64,000 bases of DNA from Methanocaldococcus sp. 28A (lineage in GTDB: Archaea > AGJL01 > Methanococci > Methanococcales > Methanocaldococcaceae): NCBI GenBank assembly GCA_049852185.1, contig CP187540.1; one strand, 5' to 3'. Position numbers and translations under genes: made by a program. The notes beneath the pieces were generated by a model that did not search any database, was not told the DNA's origin, and was given only the letters and a program-made list of their open reading frames with translations. Position 1 is the stretch's first letter. Each line of letters opens with the position of its first letter. Below, piece after piece: positions 55,052-64,000 of this stretch.

Positions 55052-55825
55052 TTAAAATTTAACAATTTTTCCACTAGCATCTCTCTTATACTTCCCAAAT
55101 TCTTTAATAAATCTCAACTTATCTCCCCAAAATACTGGACCATCCTTACAAACACAAAGCCCTTCATTATCTAAACAACACTGCCCACAGATGCCAATAC
55201 CACACTTCATGTATCTTTCCATTGAAACTTGAATTGGAATATTATATTCATTGGCGATATCAACAACCTTCTTCATCATTATTTCTGGTCCGCAAGTTAT
55301 AATTAAATCAAATTTCTCTTCTTTAAGAACTTCTTTCATTTTTTCAGTTGTAAAGCCTTTAAATCCAAAACTACCATCATCTGTGCAAATCTCTAATTTC
55401 CCCGCTTTTTCAAATTTATCTAAAAATAACAATTCTTCTTTAGTCCTTGCTCCCAATATAGTTGTTATTTCAATCCCTTGCTTTGAAAATTCTTCAACTG
55501 CTGTTATAATTGGTGCAGCTCCAATACCTCCAGCAACAGCTAAGATTTTATCTCCCAACGGCTCAAAATATGTTCCATAAGGTCCTCTAACTCCTATTAT
55601 ATCTCCTTCTTTTAATTCATGCATTTTTTTAGTAAATTCTCCAACTCTCGCAACGCTAAAACTGTTTTTGGAAGAGAAACCAAATGGTTTTTCATCAATT
55701 CCTGGAATCCAAAGCATTGCAAACTGTCCTGGCTTAAAATCAAAATCTCTATCTATTACAAATGTTTTTACTGTAGGACTTTCTACTATTATCTCTTCTA
55801 TTCTACAAATAATTGGTTTCTCCAT
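55052..55825 (-). CDS. pyrK: Dihydroorotate dehydrogenase electron transfer subunit
   Basis: PGQF, RGPYG, AGGIG, CGPEIMM, MKCGIGICGQC, CKDGPVF. Confidence 0.92.
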   Translation of the reverse strand: MEKPIICRIEEIIVESPTVKTFVIDRDFDFKPGQFAMLWIPGIDEKPFGFSSKNSFSVARVGEFTKKMHELKEGDIIGVRGPYGTYFEPLGDKILAVAGGIGAAPIITAVEEFSKQGIEITTILGARTKEELLFLDKFEKAGKLEICTDDGSFGFKGFTTEKMKEVLKEEKFDLIITCGPEIMMKKVVDIANEYNIPIQVSMERYMKCGIGICGQCCLDNEGLCVCKDGPVFWGDKLRFIKEFGKYKRDASGKIVKF

Positions 55826-55858
55826 TATATCACCTATATTTTAATAATAATTTAAATT

Positions 55859-56400
55859 TTACAAATCATTTATTGTTCTAACAACTTTTCCTTTCTCTAT
55901 CAACTTTATAATCAAATCCAAACTAACTGGCTTATACCCTAAAACCTCAACAGAAACATTAACTCTATTTTTTTTAGGATTTATAAATGGATATTCATCT
56001 AAGTGATTTGCATGGTGATGCCCATGAATAACCCAACCTTCGAAGTTTAAAGCATAAGAGCTATCTGGATTATGAACTAACATGAATTTATAGCCATCAT
56101 ATTCAATTATTTTAAATTTTTCACCAAATTTGTCATGATTTCCTTTTATAAAGATTATTTCACCATTTAGTAATCCCATAAGCTCTTTAGCTCTTTTAGC
56201 TTTATTTTTACTTAAAATAAAATCACCTAAGAAATAAACAACATCTTTATCTCTAACAATATTATTCCAATTTTTTATTAGAGCTTTGTTCATTTCTTCA
56301 ACACTTGAAAATGGTCTATTCTTGAAAATGGTCTATTGCAGTATTTTATAATGTTTGCATGGTTAAAATGTGTATCAGAGATTAGATAAATTTTTCTCAT
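55859..56400 (-). pseudogene. Calcineurin-like metallophosphoesterase frameshifted by a 17-bp tandem duplication
   Basis: MRKIYLISDTHFNH from ATG 56400; CTTGAAAATGGTCTATT duplicated at 56304-56320 and 56321-56337. Removing one copy restores a 175-codon frame with GD, GNHD and HGHHH motifs. Confidence 0.88.
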
Positions 56401-56421
56401 AATTATCCCAAAAGTATAAAA

Positions 56422-57402
56422 TTATTTAAACCATGCATCTAATGTTTTTTGCTTTGTTTTATTTGCAATTAAATTATAGAGCTTATCAACATGCTTCTTA
56501 ACTCTATCATAGTTAAAATCATTTTCATCAACTAAAAATTTAATTATTCCTTCTTTGTTGGGCAATTTTAAATTTAATGTGTAATCATCAGTAACCTTTG
56601 GTTTTTTAAATATTTCTCTAATTTCTTCATAGTTTTCAACTTCTTTTTTCAAAACATCTTTAGCTACTCCACTTCTAACTAATTCATAAGCTCTTTTAAA
56701 TCCAATCCCCTTAACACCTCCTGGATTGTAATCAGTTCCCATAAATATGGCTATATCAATCAAATCATCTAAAGAGATTCTTAAATCTTCTAAAACCTCA
56801 TTTAATTCAATGAGTTCTGGCATCTCTTTTGTAGTTGTTAAATTTCTAACAACCCTTGGTGAGCCATACAACAAAGCATCATAATCTTGACTTACAACTG
56901 CCCAAACATCCCCTTTCTTTGCCATGTAGCTTGCTTGTGCTTCTCCCTCAGAAGGAGCTTCAACATAAGGGATTCCCATTAAACTTAATAAATATTTGCA
57001 ATTCTCAACAATTTTTGGAGTTAGATAACTAACTCTCTTTGCATATTTAGCCGCTTCTTCAAAATTTTCTTTTTTAATTGCTTCTTTCATCTTAATCTCA
57101 GCTTTCTCCTTCATCTCTCTTCTAAATTTTCGTGTTTTTTCCTTTAACTTTGGTGGCTCTCCATCAAAAACCCAGATTGGTGTTATGTCATTCTCTAACA
57201 AATGAATAGTTTTATAAAAAACTCCGTTATAAGCGGAGGTTATCTCTCCCTTTCTATTTCTTAATGGTGAGCCATCTTTTAACCTTATAGAAGTCAAAAA
57301 TTGATATAAAGCATTCATTCCATCAATAGCAACCTTTTTTCCTTTTAAATCTTCAAAAGAAATAATTTTTTTTGGTATAAAATCACCAAACTGCACTCCC
57401 AT
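56422..57402 (-). CDS. fen: Flap endonuclease 1
   Basis: MGVQ, IDGMNALYQFL, VFDG, EGEAQA, GTDYN, PIP box QKTLDAWF. Confidence 0.97.
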   Translation of the reverse strand: MGVQFGDFIPKKIISFEDLKGKKVAIDGMNALYQFLTSIRLKDGSPLRNRKGEITSAYNGVFYKTIHLLENDITPIWVFDGEPPKLKEKTRKFRREMKEKAEIKMKEAIKKENFEEAAKYAKRVSYLTPKIVENCKYLLSLMGIPYVEAPSEGEAQASYMAKKGDVWAVVSQDYDALLYGSPRVVRNLTTTKEMPELIELNEVLEDLRISLDDLIDIAIFMGTDYNPGGVKGIGFKRAYELVRSGVAKDVLKKEVENYEEIREIFKKPKVTDDYTLNLKLPNKEGIIKFLVDENDFNYDRVKKHVDKLYNLIANKTKQKTLDAWFK

Positions 57403-57558
57403 GCTATCCCTCATAGTAATCTTAACCATAGCATAGTTTAGATTTTACTGTATTTATTTAAAAAATTTGAATGTCATTAAAAATTTATTCTTGAAAATCT
57501 TTTTATTTAAAAATTAATATAATAATAATTTAATAAAAATAGCTAAGGGCTTAAATCT

Positions 57559-60500
57559 TTAAAGTTTTTCCTTCCAAGTCATATCTATGCTAATACTCCC
57601 TCCCTGGAATTCACCAATGTCTGATATATTGCTATAGCTTTCTTCAATGTCTCCTTCAATCTCTAAATAAATCATTTTAAGTTCATCAATGTTTTCTTCA
57701 CTTGTCTTCCATAGTCCTCTTTGATAAGCTTCTAATAACCTTCTTGCAATCTCTTCCAAGGCGTATATATTGTGTTCTTTAAAGAACTTCCTATTGTTTT
57801 CATTTTTTATAAAAGTATTAAAGATTTCATCAAATATCCAATTATCAACCTCTTTAGTTGTAGCACTCCAGCCATAAACCCTTCCTATTCTCTTTGCTAT
57901 ATCCCCAGCCCCTTTATATCCATGCTTTTTCATACCTTCAATCCATCTTGGATTTAGAAGCTTCGTTAATGTAACTCTCTCAATCTCCTCTTTTAACGTT
58001 CTTACCTCAACATTATTTGGATTTCTTGTGTCTCCATAATAGGCTTTAATATCTTTACCTTTTAAAACTTTTGCAGCATTTGTTAAACCTCCATGAGTTC
58101 CAAAGTAGCAACAACAGCCAAATAAGTCATATTCATCAGTAACAACTTTATTGAATGTTAAATCAACTGTCTTTAATATATTCTCAAAGGCATTAATTGC
58201 CTTTTTTCCATAAACTCCCTTTCCATAGGCATAAGAATTCCAGTAGATGAATGCATCTTTCAAATCTTCTTCATCTTCCCAAGCACTTGCATATACGGCA
58301 TATTTAACCCCATTTCCATAAGTTCCTGGAGCAGAGCTGAAAATTCTAAACGTTGATTCTCTAAATGATAATCCTTTATTTAAATTCTCAACAACATGTT
58401 TCTTTACAAAATTCATCTCCAATGGTTCATCTAATTTAGCAACTTTCATAATTGCTTCATCAATAAGCTCTATACAGTTTGGAAACATATCTCTTGTTAT
58501 AGCACTAACTCTTATAGTAACATCAATTCTTGGTCTTCCCAATTCTTCTAATGGAATTATCTCTAACCCAACAACTTTTCCTCCTTTATAAACTGGTTTA
58601 ACTCCTAAAAGGTAAAGAATCATTCCCATTCCTTCTCCATCAGCCCACATTATGTCAGATGCCATCCAATATAGAGCAATATTTTCAGGATATTTATTTT
58701 CTTCTTCTAAGTATCTGTTGATTAATTTCTCAGCTAATAAAACCCCAACTCTGTAGGCAGATTTTGTAGGAACTCTGTATGGGTCTAATGAATAAAAGTT
58801 TCTCCCAGTTGGTAGAATATCATAATTTCCTCTTGTTATCAATCCAGAAGGACCAGGTTCAATATATTTAGCCTCAATGCCTCTCAATAAATATCCAATT
58901 TCATCAGATTTTTCAATTCTTTGATTTATATCCTTGATTTTTTCTTCTAATTTTTTATCTTCTATACTTTCTCCTCTCAGCACATTATGAATTTTTTTCT
59001 TTAAATCTTTGTCTTTATATTCAAATTCCAAAATACTCTTTATAAACTCAACTCTCTTCTCTCCATTTGGAATTTCTCCAAAGATGTGCATTCCATCGTT
59101 GCATTTTGAGTTCTTTATCAACTCTAAAGTATTTCTTATTTCATCAAATATTTCTTTAAATTTCTCATGTATTTTTCTATCTTTTTCCAATTTTTCAATT
59201 TTTTCTTTTATTTTTAATAAATTGGTTTTTTTAACTTCCTCAATTATCAAATGCTCTAACTGATGCCTTCTTGAAGCATCCATCTCCTTTAAATATTCTT
59301 CTATATAACTATTTAGAGTCTCTAACTCTTCATAAAAGGCATCAGTCATAACTGTTTGCATGTGGTCTATAATGGTTGCATAGCTCCTTCTTTTAGCTAT
59401 TGTTCCCTCTGGTGGATTATCTGAGTTGTAAATATATAAGTGGGGAATATCTCCAATGCAAATATCTGGATAACACTCATTAGATAAACCAACATTCTTT
59501 CCTGGCAGAAATTCTAAAGTTCCATGCGTTCCAACGTGGATTATAATATCTCCAATATCATTAAAGTATTTATAACTTGCAAGATATTGATGAGTTGGTG
59601 GGCAATATGGGTCGTGCAAAATTTTACAAACTCTTCCATCACATCTTGCCCCTGCACAACCTCTCTTTGGTTGAACACAAACATAGACATTTCCAAACTT
59701 TAAACCCGTTATAACTATTTTATTCTTTCCATTTACCTTATAAACCATTCCAGCTGGGATATCTTTTCCTTCTAAATTGCCCCATATCTCTAAAACCTTA
59801 TTTTTTACATTTTCTGGCAGTTTGTTGAAGTATTCATAATATTCATCTTCATCCATTAAATATAGATAACCTCCTTTAGCAATAATCTCATTTACTGTAG
59901 TCCATCTAAACTCTGAAATTGCCTTTTTTTGTAAAATTAGTTGAGCCAATTCTTCTCCATTTTTTGGGATATTTTCTACAAAATAACCCTCATCCTTTAA
60001 CTTTTTCATAATATTTACAACACTCTGAAAACTGTCTAAATGAGCAGCACTACCTACAGTTGCTTCAACAGAAGCACATGCATTGTTGTGCAAGATAAAT
60101 ATAACTTTTCTATCTTTTTTTGGTTTGTATTTTAGTTCAATCCATCTCTTTATTCTTCTAATAACTTTGTCAATTCTCTCCTCAATACCAAACTTCTTCT
60201 CTAAACCATTTTCATTTTCAGTAGTTCCAATGATAATTGGCTCTATAACCCCCTCAAACTCTGGTAAAGCAATAGTCCAACCAATATCTGCCGATAAACC
60301 CTGCTCATCTTCTTTCCAATCATTATAGCTTTTATAATAACTCATTATTGGATGGAATACTGGGATATCTAATTTTTTAAGAATCTCAACCCCAGAGATT
60401 TTATTTAAATCTCCTCCATCTTTTACAGTTCCCAATGGAAATGATAATAAATTAATTAATCCATCTATTATTGGCATATCATCCTTAAAGAAGTATTTTA

Positions 60501-61116
60501 AAATGCTCTCTCCACCACCTAAGGCGTTTAGCTCCTCAAACTTAGCTCCATAAGAGAATACAGGGATTATGTTAAATTCTTTTTCTAATTTATTTAACAG
60601 CTTATCAATTACATCCATATCTTCATTAACTAAATAATGCCTTGAAAATAAAACTCCAACTGTGTATTTTTTATTAAACTCTACATTTTTCAAAAACTCA
60701 TCCAATTCATCATAAATCTTTCCTTTATAGTAAATACCTTGGAGAGGATGCTTTATAACATCTTTATCTTCACCCATCAAATAAAGAACCATATTTTTAA
60801 AGTTATCTAAACCTCCATATGTTGTAAATAAATAACATTTAGCAGATTTTTCAGAATTCCAAAAACTTGGGTCTTGGGCAACAACTAAAATATTTTCATT
60901 TAATTTTTTTATTTTTTCTAAATCAATATCATCTGATGATGTTTTATATATAAAAACTAAATCAGAGTTTTTAACATCTTCTAAAAAGCTATTATCGATT
61001 GGATTTCTATTAGAATATATTTTATATTCAACATTAACTCCCTCTTTTTTTAACTCATCAAGAGCTTTTTTTAAGATTGAGCAATAAGATGCCCACATAT
61101 AAAATGTGATTTTCAT
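57559..61116 (-). CDS. cobN: CobN/magnesium chelatase H-family subunit
   Basis: LPEFEG, HVGTHGTLEFLPGK, LPTGRN, GRPRIDV, LLNPRWIEGM; metal specificity not determinable. Confidence 0.85.
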   Translation of the reverse strand: MKITFYMWASYCSILKKALDELKKEGVNVEYKIYSNRNPIDNSFLEDVKNSDLVFIYKTSSDDIDLEKIKKLNENILVVAQDPSFWNSEKSAKCYLFTTYGGLDNFKNMVLYLMGEDKDVIKHPLQGIYYKGKIYDELDEFLKNVEFNKKYTVGVLFSRHYLVNEDMDVIDKLLNKLEKEFNIIPVFSYGAKFEELNALGGGESILKYFFKDDMPIIDGLINLLSFPLGTVKDGGDLNKISGVEILKKLDIPVFHPIMSYYKSYNDWKEDEQGLSADIGWTIALPEFEGVIEPIIIGTTENENGLEKKFGIEERIDKVIRRIKRWIELKYKPKKDRKVIFILHNNACASVEATVGSAAHLDSFQSVVNIMKKLKDEGYFVENIPKNGEELAQLILQKKAISEFRWTTVNEIIAKGGYLYLMDEDEYYEYFNKLPENVKNKVLEIWGNLEGKDIPAGMVYKVNGKNKIVITGLKFGNVYVCVQPKRGCAGARCDGRVCKILHDPYCPPTHQYLASYKYFNDIGDIIIHVGTHGTLEFLPGKNVGLSNECYPDICIGDIPHLYIYNSDNPPEGTIAKRRSYATIIDHMQTVMTDAFYEELETLNSYIEEYLKEMDASRRHQLEHLIIEEVKKTNLLKIKEKIEKLEKDRKIHEKFKEIFDEIRNTLELIKNSKCNDGMHIFGEIPNGEKRVEFIKSILEFEYKDKDLKKKIHNVLRGESIEDKKLEEKIKDINQRIEKSDEIGYLLRGIEAKYIEPGPSGLITRGNYDILPTGRNFYSLDPYRVPTKSAYRVGVLLAEKLINRYLEEENKYPENIALYWMASDIMWADGEGMGMILYLLGVKPVYKGGKVVGLEIIPLEELGRPRIDVTIRVSAITRDMFPNCIELIDEAIMKVAKLDEPLEMNFVKKHVVENLNKGLSFRESTFRIFSSAPGTYGNGVKYAVYASAWEDEEDLKDAFIYWNSYAYGKGVYGKKAINAFENILKTVDLTFNKVVTDEYDLFGCCCYFGTHGGLTNAAKVLKGKDIKAYYGDTRNPNNVEVRTLKEEIERVTLTKLLNPRWIEGMKKHGYKGAGDIAKRIGRVYGWSATTKEVDNWIFDEIFNTFIKNENNRKFFKEHNIYALEEIARRLLEAYQRGLWKTSEENIDELKMIYLEIEGDIEESYSNISDIGEFQGGSISIDMTWKEKL

Positions 61117-61240
61117 AATACCACCATAATAATAAGAATTTATAATCACTACTATAGTGTTGATTTTTTATAGATTTTATTACTATTTATAATTTATCAT
61201 TAAAAATCATGATAGATTTCATAAAAAATAAAAAATAGAA

Positions 61241-62089
61241 TTAGCAAATAGAAGCCCCATCATTGTTTGGTTTGGTTAAAATAACACTTCCATATTTTAT
61301 TAATTTCTCTTTTACCTTCTCAACATTTTCATCTTCAACTATAGCTATATAACTCGGTCCAGTTCCAGATAAGCCAGCTGTTATAGCTCCTGCTTCTAAG
61401 GCATCTATAGTTATATTTGTTGGAAAGTTTAAAGCTGATGCATAAAGAATACCATTCAAAAACAAAGCTTTGAAATAGTTTCCATTAATAGCTTCATTAA
61501 AGGCAATTTCAATATAATCCTTTATTAATTTCATTCTATGGACATCAACATTTTTTTCTAAGTTTGGAATTAAAACTAAGATATTTAAATCCTCTGGCAT
61601 TTTATCTCTTTTTAAGATTTTTCTTTCTATGTTATCAGTTATTGTTATTCCTCCATAGTATGAGGCAGTGGCATCATCATAAGCTCCAGTAACAGTTAAT
61701 TTCTCATCAAAACTTGACTTTATACCTAAATTTAATATAAGCTCATCATCTATTTTTTCTCCCAATGCGTCAAACGTCGCTAAAACAACAGCGTTAGATG
61801 TAGCTGAACTACTGCTCAAACCTGATTTTATAGGAATTTCTGTTTTTGTTTCAACATAGGCTGAGTAATTCAAATTAAAATAATCCAATGTATTTTTAAC
61901 ACATCTAATTATTAAATTTGGATTAATATTTGGATTATCTAACACTCTCCCTTCAATTTTATTTTTTCCATCGTCTATTAACTTAACTCTTGCATAGACT
62001 TTTAAATCTATTCCAAATGCAGAACCTTTACCCGTTGCTATTGCATTTATTATTGTTCCTGAGGCTAATGCGTATGCGCTTCCTTCCAT
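61241..62089 (-). CDS. aroK: Archaeal shikimate kinase (GHMP family)
   Basis: [36 protein letters not shown]. Confidence 0.95.
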   Translation of the reverse strand: MEGSAYALASGTIINAIATGKGSAFGIDLKVYARVKLIDDGKNKIEGRVLDNPNINPNLIIRCVKNTLDYFNLNYSAYVETKTEIPIKSGLSSSSATSNAVVLATFDALGEKIDDELILNLGIKSSFDEKLTVTGAYDDATASYYGGITITDNIERKILKRDKMPEDLNILVLIPNLEKNVDVHRMKLIKDYIEIAFNEAINGNYFKALFLNGILYASALNFPTNITIDALEAGAITAGLSGTGPSYIAIVEDENVEKVKEKLIKYGSVILTKPNNDGASIC

Positions 62090-62130
62090 AATATCACATT
62101 TAAAAATTTTGATGAAACTTTCTTAAAGTT

Positions 62131-62205
62131 TCAGGTGGAACCTTTACCCGTTGCTATTGCATTTATTATTGTCCCTGACGCTAACGCATAAGCATTACCT
62201 TCCAT
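62131..62205 (-). repeat. Duplicated, diverged 5' end of aroK (24-codon mini-ORF)
   Basis: [24 protein letters not shown]; 35-bp exact repeat at 62138-62172 and 62022-62056. Confidence 0.85.
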
Positions 62206-62243
62206 TAAAATCAACCTTCAATAATTATTGTTTAAATTATTGT

Positions 62244-62828
62244 TTAATTATAACTCCAATTCCATAAACCAATTCTATGTTCTTTTGCATTTTTCTCAAC
62301 TTCTAAGAATTCATTTTTTAACTCAAAATTACTTATATAAACTCTTGCATAACCATATTTTAAAAGCTCTTCATTGAAGTTTATCAAATTATTACTATTA
62401 TTTATAAAGATATAGGCTAAATATCTTCCATATTTGTCTTTTTTTGGAGCTTCATTATCAAAGACTATAATAACTGTTTTATGGTCTAATTGCTTCTTTG
62501 CAAAGTTTTTAGCTTTAATTCCCCAGATTTTTAGATAGGTTGTATTTGTTATTGGCTTCCCATTTGATAAATAATACTCATAGGGATTGTTTTTTTTGTA
62601 TGTTTCTGGTGTGTCTACCCCTAACAACCTGATTTTCCATAATTTTCCATTAACATTTACATAAACGGTGTCTCCATCAACAACTTTAACAACCTTTCCG
62701 TAATAATGCTCATGAGTATTTACAAAATTGGAATTATTATAAAAATTATCTTGACTAAATTCAATACAACCTCCTAAAAAAACAAAAATAAGTAACATTA
62801 AAATTATTGGAGATATTTTAAACGTCAT
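62244..62828 (-). CDS. Thermonuclease (SNase) family lipoprotein
   Basis: Lipobox LGGC, VVDGDT, IRLLGVDTPE, DKYGRYLA, GYARV, GLW. Confidence 0.92.
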   Translation of the reverse strand: MTFKISPIILMLLIFVFLGGCIEFSQDNFYNNSNFVNTHEHYYGKVVKVVDGDTVYVNVNGKLWKIRLLGVDTPETYKKNNPYEYYLSNGKPITNTTYLKIWGIKAKNFAKKQLDHKTVIIVFDNEAPKKDKYGRYLAYIFINNSNNLINFNEELLKYGYARVYISNFELKNEFLEVEKNAKEHRIGLWNWSYN

Positions 62829-63258
62829 AATTTCACCATAATAAGAGTATAGTAGCTAATATTATTAGAGAAAAGGTTTTATAGAGACAATATCGAATAA
62901 CACATACTTAAAGAAAGTTAGCAAGCTAAATTGTCTATTAACGGACTTTTACTCTCGATATATTAATAAGGCAGACGATATTATGTTTAAAGAAGTTTAT
63001 AAATCTTTCGTTAAAAATCGTATTCAATTTAAAAAAACTATAAAAAATTTTACGCATTTTAGGTCAGAGTTATATAATCACGAGGTTTAAATACTTTAAA
63101 AATACGTTAAAAGAGATAAATGACAATATTTTTTAAGGTTTGATGTAATCTTAAAAACATTAAAAAAAGAAAACAAATACAAAAGATTTGTAATGGATAG
63201 TAAAATCGTCTCTATATGCGGAATTTTAAACTATGCAAAGGAAAATGGATGTATATAT

Positions 63259-64000
63259 TTATTTGATTATTCTTGCATCACCAATGCATCCTCCTTCTTT
63301 ATCATTAAAGACAAATACTGGGTTTAAATCCATTTCTTTAATATTTTTGTGGATATCCATAAATACTCCAATCTTTATTAGAGTATCTATAATAAAATTA
63401 ATATCTTTCTTAGCTCTTCCCCTAACACCCTCTAAAACTTTATATGATTTCAATTCTTTTAACATATTGAGTGCAAAGTCTCTTGTTATTGGTGAAATTC
63501 CAAAGCTAACATCTTTTAAAACTTCAACGAACACTCCTCCTAATCCAACCATCACAACAGAGCCAAAAATATCATCCCTCTTAGCTCCTATTATAATTTC
63601 CATCTTGTCCTTTTCAATAAATTCTTCAACTAAAACTCCTTCTATAATTAAATTATCTATTCCATTTCTTTTTGCATATTCCTTAGCATTTTCAATTAAT
63701 TTTTTAAAAGCCTCTTTAGGATTTTTTGGATTTATTATAACTCCTCCTGCCTCTGTCTTATGTATTATTTGTGGTGAGACAATTTTCATTACACATTTAC
63801 CTAATTTTTTGCAATATTCTAAAGCTTCATCTTCATTTTTAGCTAAATAGCCTTTAGGAACTGGAAGACCATAGATGCTTAATAATTTTTTTGCTTTATA
63901 CTCGTTTGGATTTTGTAGTAATTTTTTAATAATATCTTTATTTTCTTCAGTAATTTTTAAGAACTCTTCTTTAACATGTTCTAAGTATTCATCATAGTCT
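63259..64000 (-). CDS. ADP-forming acetate/acyl-CoA ligase, C-terminal ATP-grasp part (runs off window edge)
   Basis: Frame open to the window end; NEYKAKKLL, MKIVSPQIIHKTEAGGV, GLGGVFVE, DLNPV, DAR. Confidence 0.88.
   Translation of the reverse strand, partial: DYDEYLEHVKEEFLKITEENKDIIKKLLQNPNEYKAKKLLSIYGLPVPKGYLAKNEDEALEYCKKLGKCVMKIVSPQIIHKTEAGGVIINPKNPKEAFKKLIENAKEYAKRNGIDNLIIEGVLVEEFIEKDKMEIIIGAKRDDIFGSVVMVGLGGVFVEVLKDVSFGISPITRDFALNMLKELKSYKVLEGVRGRAKKDINFIIDTLIKIGVFMDIHKNIKEMDLNPVFVFNDKEGGCIGDARIIK

Noticed and set aside
11413-57402. Clustering of mcm, polC, polB, priL and fen as a sign of a replication origin
   Set aside because: The genes are scattered in separate blocks, and no cdc6/orc1 gene or ORB repeats were seen.

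Overview
AT-rich archaeal chromosomal DNA, most likely Methanocaldococcus (inferred from gene content, GGTGA Shine-Dalgarno sites, a GAAAC-ending 30-bp CRISPR repeat and palindromic intergenic repeats). Most of the window is housekeeping: the rpl22-to-rps5 part of the large ribosomal protein operon with rnp1 and SUI1, pyrC, mcm, purT, both PolD subunits, priL, hmgA, hisB, fibrillarin, cofF-dacZ-hacA, valS, ilvE, fae-hps, pyrK, fen, a CobN-type chelatase, aroK and a partial ADP-forming acyl-CoA ligase. There is one orphan 4-repeat CRISPR array with no cas genes, two families of ~100-bp palindromic repeats, an IS6 remnant and several pseudogenes. The most interesting signals are non-coding. (1) At 24157-24460 a box C/D sRNA sits next to a divergent, promoter-bearing, structured ~190-nt minus-strand RNA candidate whose 3' tail is antisense to the sRNA 5' stem, box C and part of its guide. 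(2) At 8399-8589 a cluster of hairpins reads as hyperstable ssDNA C-GNA-G loops on the minus strand. (3) A GC-rich switch-like leader precedes rnp1. Other notable items are a 484-aa LAGLIDADG intein in PolD DP2 ending in Tyr-Gln, a synonymously diverged duplicate of the aroK 5' end resembling an integration scar, and a probable ATT start codon. M. jannaschii (MJ) locus numbers are recalled from memory, not searched.
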